The notes beneath the pieces are model-generated. The model made no database searches, was not told the DNA's origin, and worked only from the letters and a program-made list of their open reading frames with translations. Made by a program: the position numbers and the translations under genes. DNA of 44,882 nucleotides. It comes from a phage. Position 1 is the stretch's first letter. The number at the start of each line of letters is the position of its first letter. Positions 36,143 through 44,331 of the stretch are shown piece by piece. Location of the stretch: sequence record PZ445419.1; one strand, written 5' to 3'.

Positions 36143-36472
36143 ATGAATATCAAAGAAGCAATTGAAGTGTTATCTAATGCAATCCGCGGCGAAGCGGGTA
36201 AATCCTGGTATTACACAAATGCGGTGGATACTCTGTTATTTGAAGTGTCCAGATTATCGCGTGCTGAGAAGGAGCTTACCGCGAAGCTGGAATTGCTCAA
36301 CGGCACGGCAGCAAGCAAGCTGCAAAAACACAATGAAGAAATGGAAGAATACAAAAAGCAGGTTATCCGTTTGCGCAATGAGGGAAAGTCATGGGCAATG
36401 ATCGCCGAGTTGACCGGAATTAATCAGAGCACAGTGCGCTCCTGGGTACGCAATAATAAAACTTCAAAGTAA
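36143..36472 (+). CDS. helix-turn-helix DNA-binding protein (putative transcriptional regulator)
   Basis: 109-aa ORF; C-terminal SWAMIAELTGINQSTVRSWVRNN resembles a sigma-70 region 4/LuxR-type HTH; RBS context GGAGACTGAATT. Confidence 0.55.
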   Translation: MNIKEAIEVLSNAIRGEAGKSWYYTNAVDTLLFEVSRLSRAEKELTAKLELLNGTAASKLQKHNEEMEEYKKQVIRLRNEGKSWAMIAELTGINQSTVRSWVRNNKTSK

Positions 36473-36482
36473 GGCCACGGCA

Positions 36483-38747
36483 ATGAGCTTAATTAAATTC
36501 GCTGTAACACGACCCGCTAAAAAAGGCGAAAAAGCCAGGGCGGAAAACTTCCAGATGACTACCGAAGAGTTTTTCGAATTTATCAATGATGCGAAAGAAA
36601 TCTCCTCGGTGCATATCAACAAGACGGAAGATAAAGCGGAGTATGCGCGCCGCAAGCGTAAGGCCGATGGCATCGTGGCATATACCAGTGACGGCTTACG
36701 CCGTAAGACCAGCGCGGTGGACCGCTCGATCCTGTTCTTTGATATTGACCGCACCGACACTCGCACCCTGCGCCGCTGCCGTAAGGCGTTCATCGACGCG
36801 GGTCTGGAACACGTATTTCACACCACAACCGGCGACCGCCACCCGCTGAAAGGGGGCACGCGTTGCGCCCGTTTCCTGGTGCTCACGGACAAGCCGGTAC
36901 CGGCTGAAGACCTGGGCCGCGTCCAGTATGCACTATTACACCAACTGGGTCTGTCAGATGTGGACTTCGACGACTGTACAAAAGACACTAACCGCCTTAT
37001 GTACCTGCCACATCAGCAGTCTGTCGTTAAGTGCCACTACGGCAAGCGCGCCCGCGTCCGTCGTCTGCTCCGCCTGGCTGATAAGCTGGGAGTGGAAAAA
37101 GAGGAAGTACGACGCGAACTGACCCAGGGCGATGACGGCGTGGCTGACGGTATTCTGGATTGGTGCTTCCAGGCGGGATTCGAACCGCTGTCGTCTGGTC
37201 GTGGTTATGAAGTACCGTGTCCGAACGAACATCTGCACTCTGGTGAAGGGTCCACCGCTATCATGGTTAAGGATGGCGAGATCCGTTTCAAGTGTATGCA
37301 CACCGGCAACGAGTGCTGTTCCGAACTGAACAGACACCAGCACCTGGCGCTACGTCTTATCGGGATCCCGGACCACCTTAACGTCGAACCGCACAACATG
37401 TCACGTAAGCAAATCGCCGCCATCCTTCCGGGACTGGACGATGAGGAAGTGGAATCGTGCTATGAACATATCGTTGATGCGGTCGGTGACGGCGACGAGT
37501 ACGGCGGATGTACGGACGCAGACCTGGACAACGAGCCGGTTGCGCTGTTCAGTAAGCACGACCCGATCATCGAGGGGCTGATTAACTTCAAATCGACCTG
37601 GTATCTCGCCGGTGAGTCGAACATTGGCAAGTCGTTCTACGTGCTGGGCCAGATGGCGTCAGTATCTGCCGGTATTCCGTTCGGCGGCGCGAAGGTCGTC
37701 CAGTGCCACAACTTCTATTTCGACGCGGAAGGTGGTGAAGCCTCCAACCAGCGTAAAGAAGCATTGCAGATCAAATATGAGCACGACCTGGACAAGCTGC
37801 ACATTATCGATCTGCAGTCACGCGGCTGGGATATCACCAGCAAGTCAGGATTGCGTGAAGTTATCAGCTTCATCAACCGCACCGCTAACGGCGAACCGGT
37901 TGGCCTGGTGGCGTTCGACTCTCTCAACCAGACTGTTGCGCTGCGGTCCGCCGATGCTAAACCGTTCGACGAGAACAACGCCAGCGATATGGGCGAAGTG
38001 GTAAAAGCGCTGAAAGCCATCGCGGAAAATACCGGCGGCAGTGCTGGCGTCATCCACCACCCGGCGAAGGGTGCAAACGGCAGCAGATCCCCCCGCGGGT
38101 CCGGCGCGCTGCATGGTGCTGTTGATTCTGCGTTCTTCCTGGAGCAACCGGACGACAACCAGCCAGGCCAATTGAACCTGTATCACGAAAAGGCACGTAA
38201 CGGCATCAAGCAAGCGCCGCGTGGCTTCGTCCTGCTCAAGTGCAAGGTGAAGGTAGATCTCCGCAAGTCAGAAGCGTTCGCGTCGCACCAGTCCACCAGC
38301 ACCGGTCCGGACTTCGGAGACGTAGTTGCCGGTTGGGACGTCAAACCAATTGCGTCCACCCCGCGCGACGAGACTTTATACCTCGTACCGGTCGCCCTGG
38401 CACCGTTCGCTATAGAACAGGCGAAGGCCGCAGGAAAAGCCGCAGTTAAGGAAGAGAACACCGCCGGACCGCGCACCGAAAAAGAAAAGGTACTTTACGC
38501 GGCCCTGGAAAAACTGATGGAAGATAACCCGGACCATACCGGATTCAGTAAATCGGCAATTGTCCGCCAGGCTGGGCTTGCGAAAGGTGGAACATCGACG
38601 AAGGCAATCGACGATATGATCGAGCGCGGAGTGTTAGGTTTTTATACCGATCCGCACACTGGGGCCATCTATGGGTCGTCGAATATCGTCATCAAAACAA
38701 ATATACCCATCACGCTTTCGGCGACCGATGACGACCTGAAAGATTAA
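36483..38747 (+). CDS. primase/replicative helicase-like protein (AAA_25/RepA-like ATPase with N-terminal primase-like region)
   Basis: 754-aa ORF; Walker A-like AGESNIGKSF followed by a RecA-fold-like region; N-terminal half contains FFDIDRTD. Confidence 0.55.
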   Translation: MSLIKFAVTRPAKKGEKARAENFQMTTEEFFEFINDAKEISSVHINKTEDKAEYARRKRKADGIVAYTSDGLRRKTSAVDRSILFFDIDRTDTRTLRRCRKAFIDAGLEHVFHTTTGDRHPLKGGTRCARFLVLTDKPVPAEDLGRVQYALLHQLGLSDVDFDDCTKDTNRLMYLPHQQSVVKCHYGKRARVRRLLRLADKLGVEKEEVRRELTQGDDGVADGILDWCFQAGFEPLSSGRGYEVPCPNEHLHSGEGSTAIMVKDGEIRFKCMHTGNECCSELNRHQHLALRLIGIPDHLNVEPHNMSRKQIAAILPGLDDEEVESCYEHIVDAVGDGDEYGGCTDADLDNEPVALFSKHDPIIEGLINFKSTWYLAGESNIGKSFYVLGQMASVSAGIPFGGAKVVQCHNFYFDAEGGEASNQRKEALQIKYEHDLDKLHIIDLQSRGWDITSKSGLREVISFINRTANGEPVGLVAFDSLNQTVALRSADAKPFDENNASDMGEVVKALKAIAENTGGSAGVIHHPAKGANGSRSPRGSGALHGAVDSAFFLEQPDDNQPGQLNLYHEKARNGIKQAPRGFVLLKCKVKVDLRKSEAFASHQSTSTGPDFGDVVAGWDVKPIASTPRDETLYLVPVALAPFAIEQAKAAGKAAVKEENTAGPRTEKEKVLYAALEKLMEDNPDHTGFSKSAIVRQAGLAKGGTSTKAIDDMIERGVLGFYTDPHTGAIYGSSNIVIKTNIPITLSATDDDLKD

Positions 38748-38758
38748 ATTTTGCGTGT

Positions 38759-38867
38759 ATTGGTTGCCTATATGGGAATCCCCATATCGCTAAACGATTA
38801 ATTTGTGCGCGAATTGGTTGCCATTTTGAGTGTTTTTATCTGGTCGCATTGGTTGCCGTGTAGCGTG
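38759..38867 (+). repeat. three direct ATTGGTTGCC motif copies in an AT-rich spacer
   Basis: Exact copies at 38759-38768, 38813-38822 and 38858-38867; the first is followed by the palindrome TATATGGG-aat-CCCCATAT. Confidence 0.7.
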
Positions 38868-38907
38868 ATTATTATGAATAGTTATGCAATAAAACTGCAT
38901 AAAGTAA

Positions 38908-39069
38908 GCGGGACAGAAAGCGGGACAGACATGGGGCGGGACAAAGCGGGACAGCACCCCCGTCCCGCCCCGGATGGCGCGGCCTGGCGTGGGGCGGGAC
39001 AAGCGGGACAAACCCCAGTCTTTCAGACTAGACGGGGGTCAATGGCCCCCCTCGTCTGAGACTGAATAA
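38908..39069. repeat. iteron-like GCGGGACA array ending in the conserved 57-bp palindrome (module copy 2)
   Basis: Six direct GCGGGACA/CGGGACA copies plus an inverted GTCCCG copy; 38930-39069 is homologous to the 3' part of 10840-11156. Confidence 0.8.
39013..39069. repeat. 57-bp palindromic element, copy 2 (identical to 11100-11156)
   Basis: Same 57-nt sequence as copy 1, base for base. Confidence 0.8.
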
Positions 39070-39224
39070 AATCCGGGGATTGCAAAATACACGGCAGCAT
39101 GAGGCGAAGTGCGGTCGCGGATGAACTTGGCAACCAATGCGGGTTGTATTATGCTGAGTGAAAAATGCGGTTTGCAGTCACAGCAGATAGCGATCAACTT
39201 TTTCATGCGCATGATTAATATTGG

Positions 39225-39253
39225 TTGCATTCGTTCCAGCACCCTGCTAGATT
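39225..39253 (+). promoter_or_regulatory. candidate promoter for the rightward small-gene operon with ATTGGTTGCA motifs
   Basis: TTGCAT-17 nt-TAGATT; motif copies at 39220-39229 and 39251-39260; leader ATTGGTTGCACACCAACAAGAGGAC closely matches the moron leader at 5217-5250. Confidence 0.45.
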
Positions 39254-39283
39254 GGTTGCACACCAACAAGAGGACTGCACAAA

Positions 39284-39763
39284 ATGAAATTTCCAGTAAT
39301 CATCAAAGACGGTAAATCAACTATCACCTTCACCGGCAACGACCACGGCACTTACGAGAGCGGCGCGGCTTGCATGTCCACCCTGGAAGATATGATGATT
39401 CGTGTTAATTCCGGTAAAGCCTCGATTGTTGACGACAACACTAAGAAGGACCGAACAATGAGAGCACTAATCTGGAATTACTCACTGGCCCTGGCAAAGC
39501 TGAACGAAGCGAAGGCGCTGAACGGCAACGTAGACCGTGCGCGCCAGTTTGCGACACTGGCACACCAGTCAATCATGTGTGCGCTAGACGATATGGACGC
39601 CAGCATGGATGGCCTGGGTCCGCTGCGTAAGGCAATCCATGAATACGCGCTGGCATTCTCCCGTGAGCGCCTGGCTTATCGCTTCGGTATTGGCGAGAAG
39701 GCAGTGACAAACGTCGCCAGGATTAAAGCCCAGCGTGAGCTATTCGCCCAGCTTGCGAAATAA
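39284..39763 (+). CDS. hypothetical protein
   Basis: 159-aa ORF, first gene after the long regulatory region. Confidence 0.55.
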   Translation: MKFPVIIKDGKSTITFTGNDHGTYESGAACMSTLEDMMIRVNSGKASIVDDNTKKDRTMRALIWNYSLALAKLNEAKALNGNVDRARQFATLAHQSIMCALDDMDASMDGLGPLRKAIHEYALAFSRERLAYRFGIGEKAVTNVARIKAQRELFAQLAK

Positions 39764-39772
39764 GGGGCCAAA

Positions 39773-40042
39773 ATGCGCCGGAGACGAGCAAAACAGCTTT
39801 CGTGGCATATTCCCCTGCATTGCATACGAATATGGGCTAAGAATGCGAATGCGGGGGATTCTGTGTACTGGTGCTATCGCGACGACGTAAAGCCACTGAC
39901 GCAGACTCGCTACTTACACCAGTTCGCAGCACAACACGATTTCAGGGTGCGGACTTCCTTGCAACCAATGGGAATACGTATTACATTACGCCAGAAGCCC
40001 GCCATTGAGCGGGTGGGCAAACACTGGAGACTGAGCAAATGA
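39773..40042 (+). CDS. hypothetical protein
   Basis: 89-aa ORF with AAGGGG RBS, ending in the conserved junction GGAGACTGAGCAAATGA. Confidence 0.45.
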   Translation: MRRRRAKQLSWHIPLHCIRIWAKNANAGDSVYWCYRDDVKPLTQTRYLHQFAAQHDFRVRTSLQPMGIRITLRQKPAIERVGKHWRLSK

Positions 40043-40191
40043 TCAAAGTTCAGAGCAAGGCAACCGGTCTGATTTATCTTGTGGTGTGGGAGGGGAACGG
40101 AAGCGTAACGCTCATGCACCCAAAAACCAAATCACGCCACACTATCAGCCAATTTACCCTGAACCAGAACTATCGGAGACTGAGCAAATGA
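40039..40191 (+). CDS. small hypothetical protein
   Basis: 50-aa ORF absent from the ORF track; start and stop both lie in copies of the conserved junction cassette. Confidence 0.45.
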   Translation: MIKVQSKATGLIYLVVWEGNGSVTLMHPKTKSRHTISQFTLNQNYRRLSK

Positions 40192-40340
40192 CACCAATGC
40201 AAAGAGCACTAATGGCGGGATTCTCGCAGAAGTTTATTTCGGTAGACGCCTGCATAGCTGATTATGAGATGGACGGCATCGCTACGGTATGCGATGGCGA
40301 CTATAAGACTGTTGACGAGATTGAGGAGACTGAGCAATGA
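40188..40340 (+). CDS. small acidic hypothetical protein
   Basis: 50-aa ORF, same length as the preceding gene, bounded by junction cassette copies. Confidence 0.45.
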   Translation: MTPMQRALMAGFSQKFISVDACIADYEMDGIATVCDGDYKTVDEIEETEQ

Positions 40341-40891
40341 GATTACTATTCCGCCGCAAATCAGACGGGCGCATACTGAAGCCGATCCAGACCCTGGATT
40401 CCTACGTCCGCTTGCACCACGCGGCAAGCGATCGGGTATTCCGCGCATCGAAGGGCACATTGCCGCAGTTCTTCGAAGTCCTCACACACGATATTGAGCG
40501 CGGCGATGTGTTGCGTGATATTCGCGACGGGCAATTGTGGGTCGTGGAGCACACCTCCCAGCACGGCTTGCGGTTGAAGTCCGGTATCTTGTTGAAGGGG
40601 ATGACGTACTTCGGCCTCGTAAATTACGAGCGAGTGGGTCGCAAATACAGCCTTCGGGACCGCCAGCCTCATGAGCGCGTGGAGTTCCGCAAGTCGCAGC
40701 CCGCGTATGCCACTTACGACGCGAGCAAAGTGATGGAGCCGATCCGCCAGGCCACGCGTGAGATAGTCAATCGCTTTGATGCCGTGACGAATGCACAGCG
40801 CCAGGCGCGGGAATACGGTGTGGGATTTATCCGTGTCGAACCAGACGGCAGCATGAAGGCCATCGACCCGCGCTCGGTGATTCTGAAATGA
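40337..40891 (+). CDS. hypothetical protein
   Basis: 184-aa ORF, translationally coupled at both ends. Confidence 0.5.
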   Translation: MRLLFRRKSDGRILKPIQTLDSYVRLHHAASDRVFRASKGTLPQFFEVLTHDIERGDVLRDIRDGQLWVVEHTSQHGLRLKSGILLKGMTYFGLVNYERVGRKYSLRDRQPHERVEFRKSQPAYATYDASKVMEPIRQATREIVNRFDAVTNAQRQAREYGVGFIRVEPDGSMKAIDPRSVILK

Positions 40892-41034
40892 GTGCGTCTA
40901 TCCGTGATATGCTCATGCACAACCGCTTTGAGATAGGCGGTCGGGTGTTTCGCAATTACTTCGTGGCGCGAGCATGGGCGCGCCATATTGGCAAACCGGA
41001 AGGGGCAATTCGATGCTATACGTCTTCGCGGTAG
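40888..41034 (+). CDS. small hypothetical protein
   Basis: 48-aa ORF starting at an ATGA overlap. Confidence 0.3.
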   Translation: MSASIRDMLMHNRFEIGGRVFRNYFVARAWARHIGKPEGAIRCYTSSR

Positions 41035-41110
41035 TATGTGGCGGTAGTCTGGCGGCCCTGGTGCTGTTGGCGTCGGTTATTAGTCTGGTTAAATACCTAT
41101 GGGGCAGATT

Positions 41111-41398
41111 ATGATTCATGATGTGATTTATTGGTTTGGTATGGCCAGCATGTTATTCCTGCTTACCGCGGTGCTGTTGGGCATCCTGATGTTCGTCGTA
41201 TGGCCTGCAGTGGAAGCCGCCAGTATTACCCGCATGACGTTCGAGGTATACAAGCGCCGCGGGATCACGGAGCACCCGACCAGGTTGCGCATGTGGTGGC
41301 TGTGGTATCGGGATATGATAGGCGGGCGAACATTCGAGGCCGTCCGGTCGAGTGGATGGGAGTGGAAAGGCGTCGGCAAGTGGTCCATTTTCGATTAA
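41111..41398 (+). CDS. small membrane protein (hypothetical)
   Basis: 95-aa ORF with TM segment WFGMASMLFLLTAVLLGILMFVVW; alternative start at 41099. Confidence 0.45.
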   Translation: MIHDVIYWFGMASMLFLLTAVLLGILMFVVWPAVEAASITRMTFEVYKRRGITEHPTRLRMWWLWYRDMIGGRTFEAVRSSGWEWKGVGKWSIFD

Positions 41399-41415
41399 TT
41401 ATGCAAGCGTGATAT

Positions 41416-41450
41416 AGTCCCAGTGAGCTAAAACTTACTGGGACTTTTTT
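41416..41450 (+). terminator. intrinsic terminator immediately upstream of the lysis cassette
   Basis: 9-bp stem AGTCCCAGT/ACTGGGACT with a 12-nt loop, then TTTTT abutting the holin-like ATG. Confidence 0.6.
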
Positions 41451-41741
41451 ATGGATAAGCTAAACGAGTGGTTATTTGCCCTCGCATGTCTGGCTGGCGG
41501 CTTCGTAGGCGCACGCATTCATGGCGAGGCTACGAAAGGGCCGCTAAACTTCGTTTTATATATCGTGGTCGGCTTCCTGTGTGCCATATTTGGCGCACCG
41601 GCTATTGCCGAGTGGGCTGGTTTGTCGGGGGAGCGCACTGTTGCCGGGTTGGGCTTCGTAACCGCAATCTTCTGGATGCCAATCGCCGACCGGATCAGGG
41701 AGACTATTGCGTCGTTCCGACTTCCGGGGGGTGCAAAATGA
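41451..41741 (+). CDS. holin (putative)
   Basis: 96-aa ORF with three hydrophobic segments and a charged C-terminus, directly upstream of the endolysin. Confidence 0.5.
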   Translation: MDKLNEWLFALACLAGGFVGARIHGEATKGPLNFVLYIVVGFLCAIFGAPAIAEWAGLSGERTVAGLGFVTAIFWMPIADRIRETIASFRLPGGAK

Positions 41742-41983
41742 TTATCTCCGTCCTGTTGTTTGTTATCATCGGGGCTTCGTCCCTGTTTAACGTGTATGCG
41801 CCGTCCGTCCAGGATGGCATTTTCGGTCGGGTGCTGTATCTTCTAACGGCAATGGTCTGTATTATCGGACTGTTGCAAACAGGAGACGTATCGGATACCA
41901 CCTGGACCGCGTTAATATGGCTGTTTGCGTTGCGCACGCTGCGTAATGCTGTTTTGAATGGGGTAAAACATGCGATTCAGTGA
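41738..41983 (+). CDS. small membrane protein (second holin/antiholin-like)
   Basis: 81-aa ORF with 2-3 TM segments, ATGA overlap with the holin-like gene, overlaps the endolysin start. Confidence 0.4.
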   Translation: MIISVLLFVIIGASSLFNVYAPSVQDGIFGRVLYLLTAMVCIIGLLQTGDVSDTTWTALIWLFALRTLRNAVLNGVKHAIQ

Positions 41984-42461
41984 CAACGGTCTAAGATTTA
42001 CGGCAGCATGGGAGCAATTCAGCCCAGTGCCGTATTTCGCGACTAAGAAAGAGCAGGCCCGCGGCCTGTACACCTGGGGCTATGGGCATACTGGCACTAA
42101 CCCGCCTCGAAGCATTACCCGTGCAGAAGCGCTGGAACTGCTCAAGCGAGATGTGGCGTATGCCGAGGACTGGGTGAACAAATACGCTCATAAGAGCATT
42201 AACCAGGCGCAATTCGACGCGCTGGTGGATCTGGTAATCAATGCCGGTCCGGGTCCGATCGTACCGGATGACGTCGCGAATGATTTCGATGATGCGGTGC
42301 GACTGGGAGACTGGGCGAAGGTACGAGCTACTCTGCCGCAGTTCCGCAAGCAAGGTGGCGAAGTGCTTAAGGGTCTGGTGCGCCGTGCAATCGGCAGGCA
42401 AGCGCTATTCGATGGTAAGCAGTGGGACGTTGCCGAGCGAATCGGGCGTAACGCAGCATAA
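41970..42461 (+). CDS. endolysin (phage lysozyme, GH24/T4-lysozyme-like)
   Basis: 163-aa ORF; WEQF...YTWGYGHTG matches the catalytic Glu and GYGH core region of T4-type lysozymes. Confidence 0.75.
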   Translation: MRFSDNGLRFTAAWEQFSPVPYFATKKEQARGLYTWGYGHTGTNPPRSITRAEALELLKRDVAYAEDWVNKYAHKSINQAQFDALVDLVINAGPGPIVPDDVANDFDDAVRLGDWAKVRATLPQFRKQGGEVLKGLVRRAIGRQALFDGKQWDVAERIGRNAA

Positions 42462-42477
42462 TACGAGGTAACACAGT

Positions 42478-42645
42478 ATGTTAAAAAGCATTCTTGATCA
42501 TAACGCTGACGCGCTCGCCGCGCTGGCTAAAACCGAAGACCCTGGCGCTCGCGCCATTATCGCGGACACAATCAGCCACGCTGGCATCTTCGACGCTAAG
42601 TTGCCGAGTCCGCCACCGCCGGAAGAACCAGGCCCAGCGGCCTAA
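42478..42645 (+). CDS. small hypothetical protein
   Basis: 55-aa ORF after the endolysin, followed by a terminator. Confidence 0.35.
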   Translation: MLKSILDHNADALAALAKTEDPGARAIIADTISHAGIFDAKLPSPPPPEEPGPAA

Positions 42646-42650
42646 ACACG

Positions 42651-42676
42651 AAGCCCGGTTAATTCCGGGCTTTTTA
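42651..42676 (+). terminator. intrinsic terminator after the lysis cassette
   Basis: AAGCCCGG-ttaatt-CCGGGCTT followed by TTTTT. Confidence 0.65.
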
Positions 42677-42680
42677 TTGC

Positions 42681-42710
42681 TTGACTTGCAACCAACATAG
42701 ACGCCATACT
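42681..42710 (+). promoter_or_regulatory. candidate sigma70-type promoter with ATTGGTTGC-family motifs
   Basis: TTGACT-18 nt-CATACT directly after the terminator; TGCAACCAA in the spacer (42687-42695) and GCGACCAAT just after the -10 (42711-42719). Confidence 0.45.
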
Positions 42711-42740
42711 GCGACCAATCAACAAGAGGAGTATTACACT

Positions 42741-42830
42741 ATGGCACGTAATGATATTTGGGTATTGGCAATCTGGTCCGCCGCGGCATTTATTGGAATG
42801 GTAATTTGTGAGGTGACTTATGGCATTTAA
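42741..42830 (+). CDS. small membrane peptide (hypothetical)
   Basis: 29-aa ORF MARNDIWVLAIWSAAAFIGMVICEVTYGI with AAGAGGAG RBS. Confidence 0.3.
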   Translation: MARNDIWVLAIWSAAAFIGMVICEVTYGI

Positions 42831-42993
42831 ACCGCAACGCGATTCCCGCCCTATGGCGGAACGACCGCGGGCCTCCCAAATGGAGGCGTCATTCTTCCGG
42901 GGTCTTTCGTTCCTGACAAAGAAAGAGCAGGGGAAAGTCATGGGTGAGTTCCGCCGCGTATTGGCGGAATTCAAGCAGCAAGACGCAGAATAG
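42820..42993 (+). CDS. small hypothetical protein
   Basis: 57-aa ORF overlapping the previous stop. Confidence 0.3.
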   Translation: MAFKPQRDSRPMAERPRASQMEASFFRGLSFLTKKEQGKVMGEFRRVLAEFKQQDAE

Positions 42994-43057
42994 TGCCTCG
43001 CCGCCATACTGACCGTGGTATATTGTCCACGGTCCACTAATCAGGAATTAATTAAAT

Positions 43058-44200
43058 ATGCACCCGCAAACTAAAATTACCGATGAGCAATTGATCGCAG
43101 AAATTCAGGCAGGGACTACGGTTAAAGAGATTGCGAAGAAATACGGGATTGCCCTGCGCAATGTCTATATGCGCAAAGCCCGCCTGTCGAAAAAGGGGAT
43201 TGGTCACGGCAATGATGCAGTGATCCGTAAGCGCGTTGCAGATGGGTTTGGGGTTAAGCGCGTGTCTGCCCTGGTGCGCGGCAATGGCGAGGAGGTCATG
43301 TCGTGGGTAATCACTGAGCAGGACAAAGAGCGCCAACTCGAAGCCATGCGCGCTGTTGTCGAGGGTATGAACAGCGAAATCACACCGGCAGCGCCAGTAA
43401 AAGCCCCGCCAGTACCGATCCAGGCGCTCGACTTGCTCAACCTGTACACCGTGTCAGACTTCCACCTGGGCATGTTGGCATGGGGCGAGGAGACTGGCGA
43501 AGACTGGGATATGGCGATCGCCGAAGACCTGTTCTACCGCTGGTTTGTCGAAGCCTTCGCACGCGCCCCGGACGCAGGCACTGCCGTAATTAATATCCTC
43601 GGTGATATGGCCCACTTTGATAGCCTCGATGCTGTCACTCCGGCAAGTGGTCACGTACTGGACGCGGATACCCGTTACCAGAAGCTGGTCCGCTACATGA
43701 TTCGCATGGTGCGCAACGTGGTAGACCTGGCGCTGCAAAAACACCACAAAGTCAAACTTCTAATCGTCCAGGGGAATCATGACGAGTCGGGTATGATTTG
43801 GCTTGCGGAGATGTTCAATACCCTGTATGAGAACGAGCCGCGCGTCGATGTGGACACGTCCCCGGACGTATACAAGATGGTGCAGCACGGCAAGACCACG
43901 CTGTTTTTCCACCACGGGCACAAAGCACGCTTTGACGCAATCGAGACGGTTATGATTGCTAAGTTCAGGAAAGCATTTGGCGAAAGCGAGTACAGCTACG
44001 CGCATGTCGGTCACTTGCACCACCAGAAGATTGTAGAATCCCGTAACATGATAGTTGAACAGCACCGGACACTCGCAGCGAAAGACGCATATGCAAGCCG
44101 CGGCGGTTGGATGTCCGGTCGCAGTGCCAACGTCATCACCTACAGCGCCAATTACGGCGAAGTGGCGCGCTTAACCATTAGCCCGGAGATGTTGAAGTAA
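43058..44200 (+). CDS. HTH domain fused to calcineurin-like metallophosphoesterase (putative nuclease/phosphatase)
   Basis: 380-aa ORF; N-terminal HTH-like TVKEIAKKYGIALRNVYMRKAR; metal-binding motifs SDFHLG, GDMAHFD, GNHDE, FHHGH, GHLHH. Confidence 0.6.
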   Translation: MHPQTKITDEQLIAEIQAGTTVKEIAKKYGIALRNVYMRKARLSKKGIGHGNDAVIRKRVADGFGVKRVSALVRGNGEEVMSWVITEQDKERQLEAMRAVVEGMNSEITPAAPVKAPPVPIQALDLLNLYTVSDFHLGMLAWGEETGEDWDMAIAEDLFYRWFVEAFARAPDAGTAVINILGDMAHFDSLDAVTPASGHVLDADTRYQKLVRYMIRMVRNVVDLALQKHHKVKLLIVQGNHDESGMIWLAEMFNTLYENEPRVDVDTSPDVYKMVQHGKTTLFFHHGHKARFDAIETVMIAKFRKAFGESEYSYAHVGHLHHQKIVESRNMIVEQHRTLAAKDAYASRGGWMSGRSANVITYSANYGEVARLTISPEMLK

Positions 44201-44210
44201 CGGCAACCCG

Positions 44211-44246
44211 TAAGCCTCCCAGCCTGCCGATTTGGTGGGCTTTTTT
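44211..44246 (+). terminator. terminator-like hairpin upstream of terS
   Basis: Imperfect stem AGCCTCCC...GGTGGGCT followed by TTTTTT. Confidence 0.35.
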
Positions 44247-44331
44247 GTGCCTGTTATAATCCCCCCTTAGATGGCTGGGCCGTCTCCTATGTTGCCGATG
44301 GTCGGCGCATATGAACAAAAGGGCATATATC

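Larger units (their letters stand above)
40026..40340 (+). repeat. three copies of the gene-junction cassette GGAGACTGAGCAA(A)TGA
   Basis: Copies at 40026-40042, 40175-40191 and 40325-40340; each carries the GGAG RBS and ATGA stop/start overlap. Confidence 0.75.

Noticed and set aside
38805-39059. 84-aa ORF through the second iteron array ending in the same ...PVFQTRRGSMAPLV
   Set aside because: Same reasoning; the shared C-terminus comes from the identical palindrome, not a conserved protein. No RBS.
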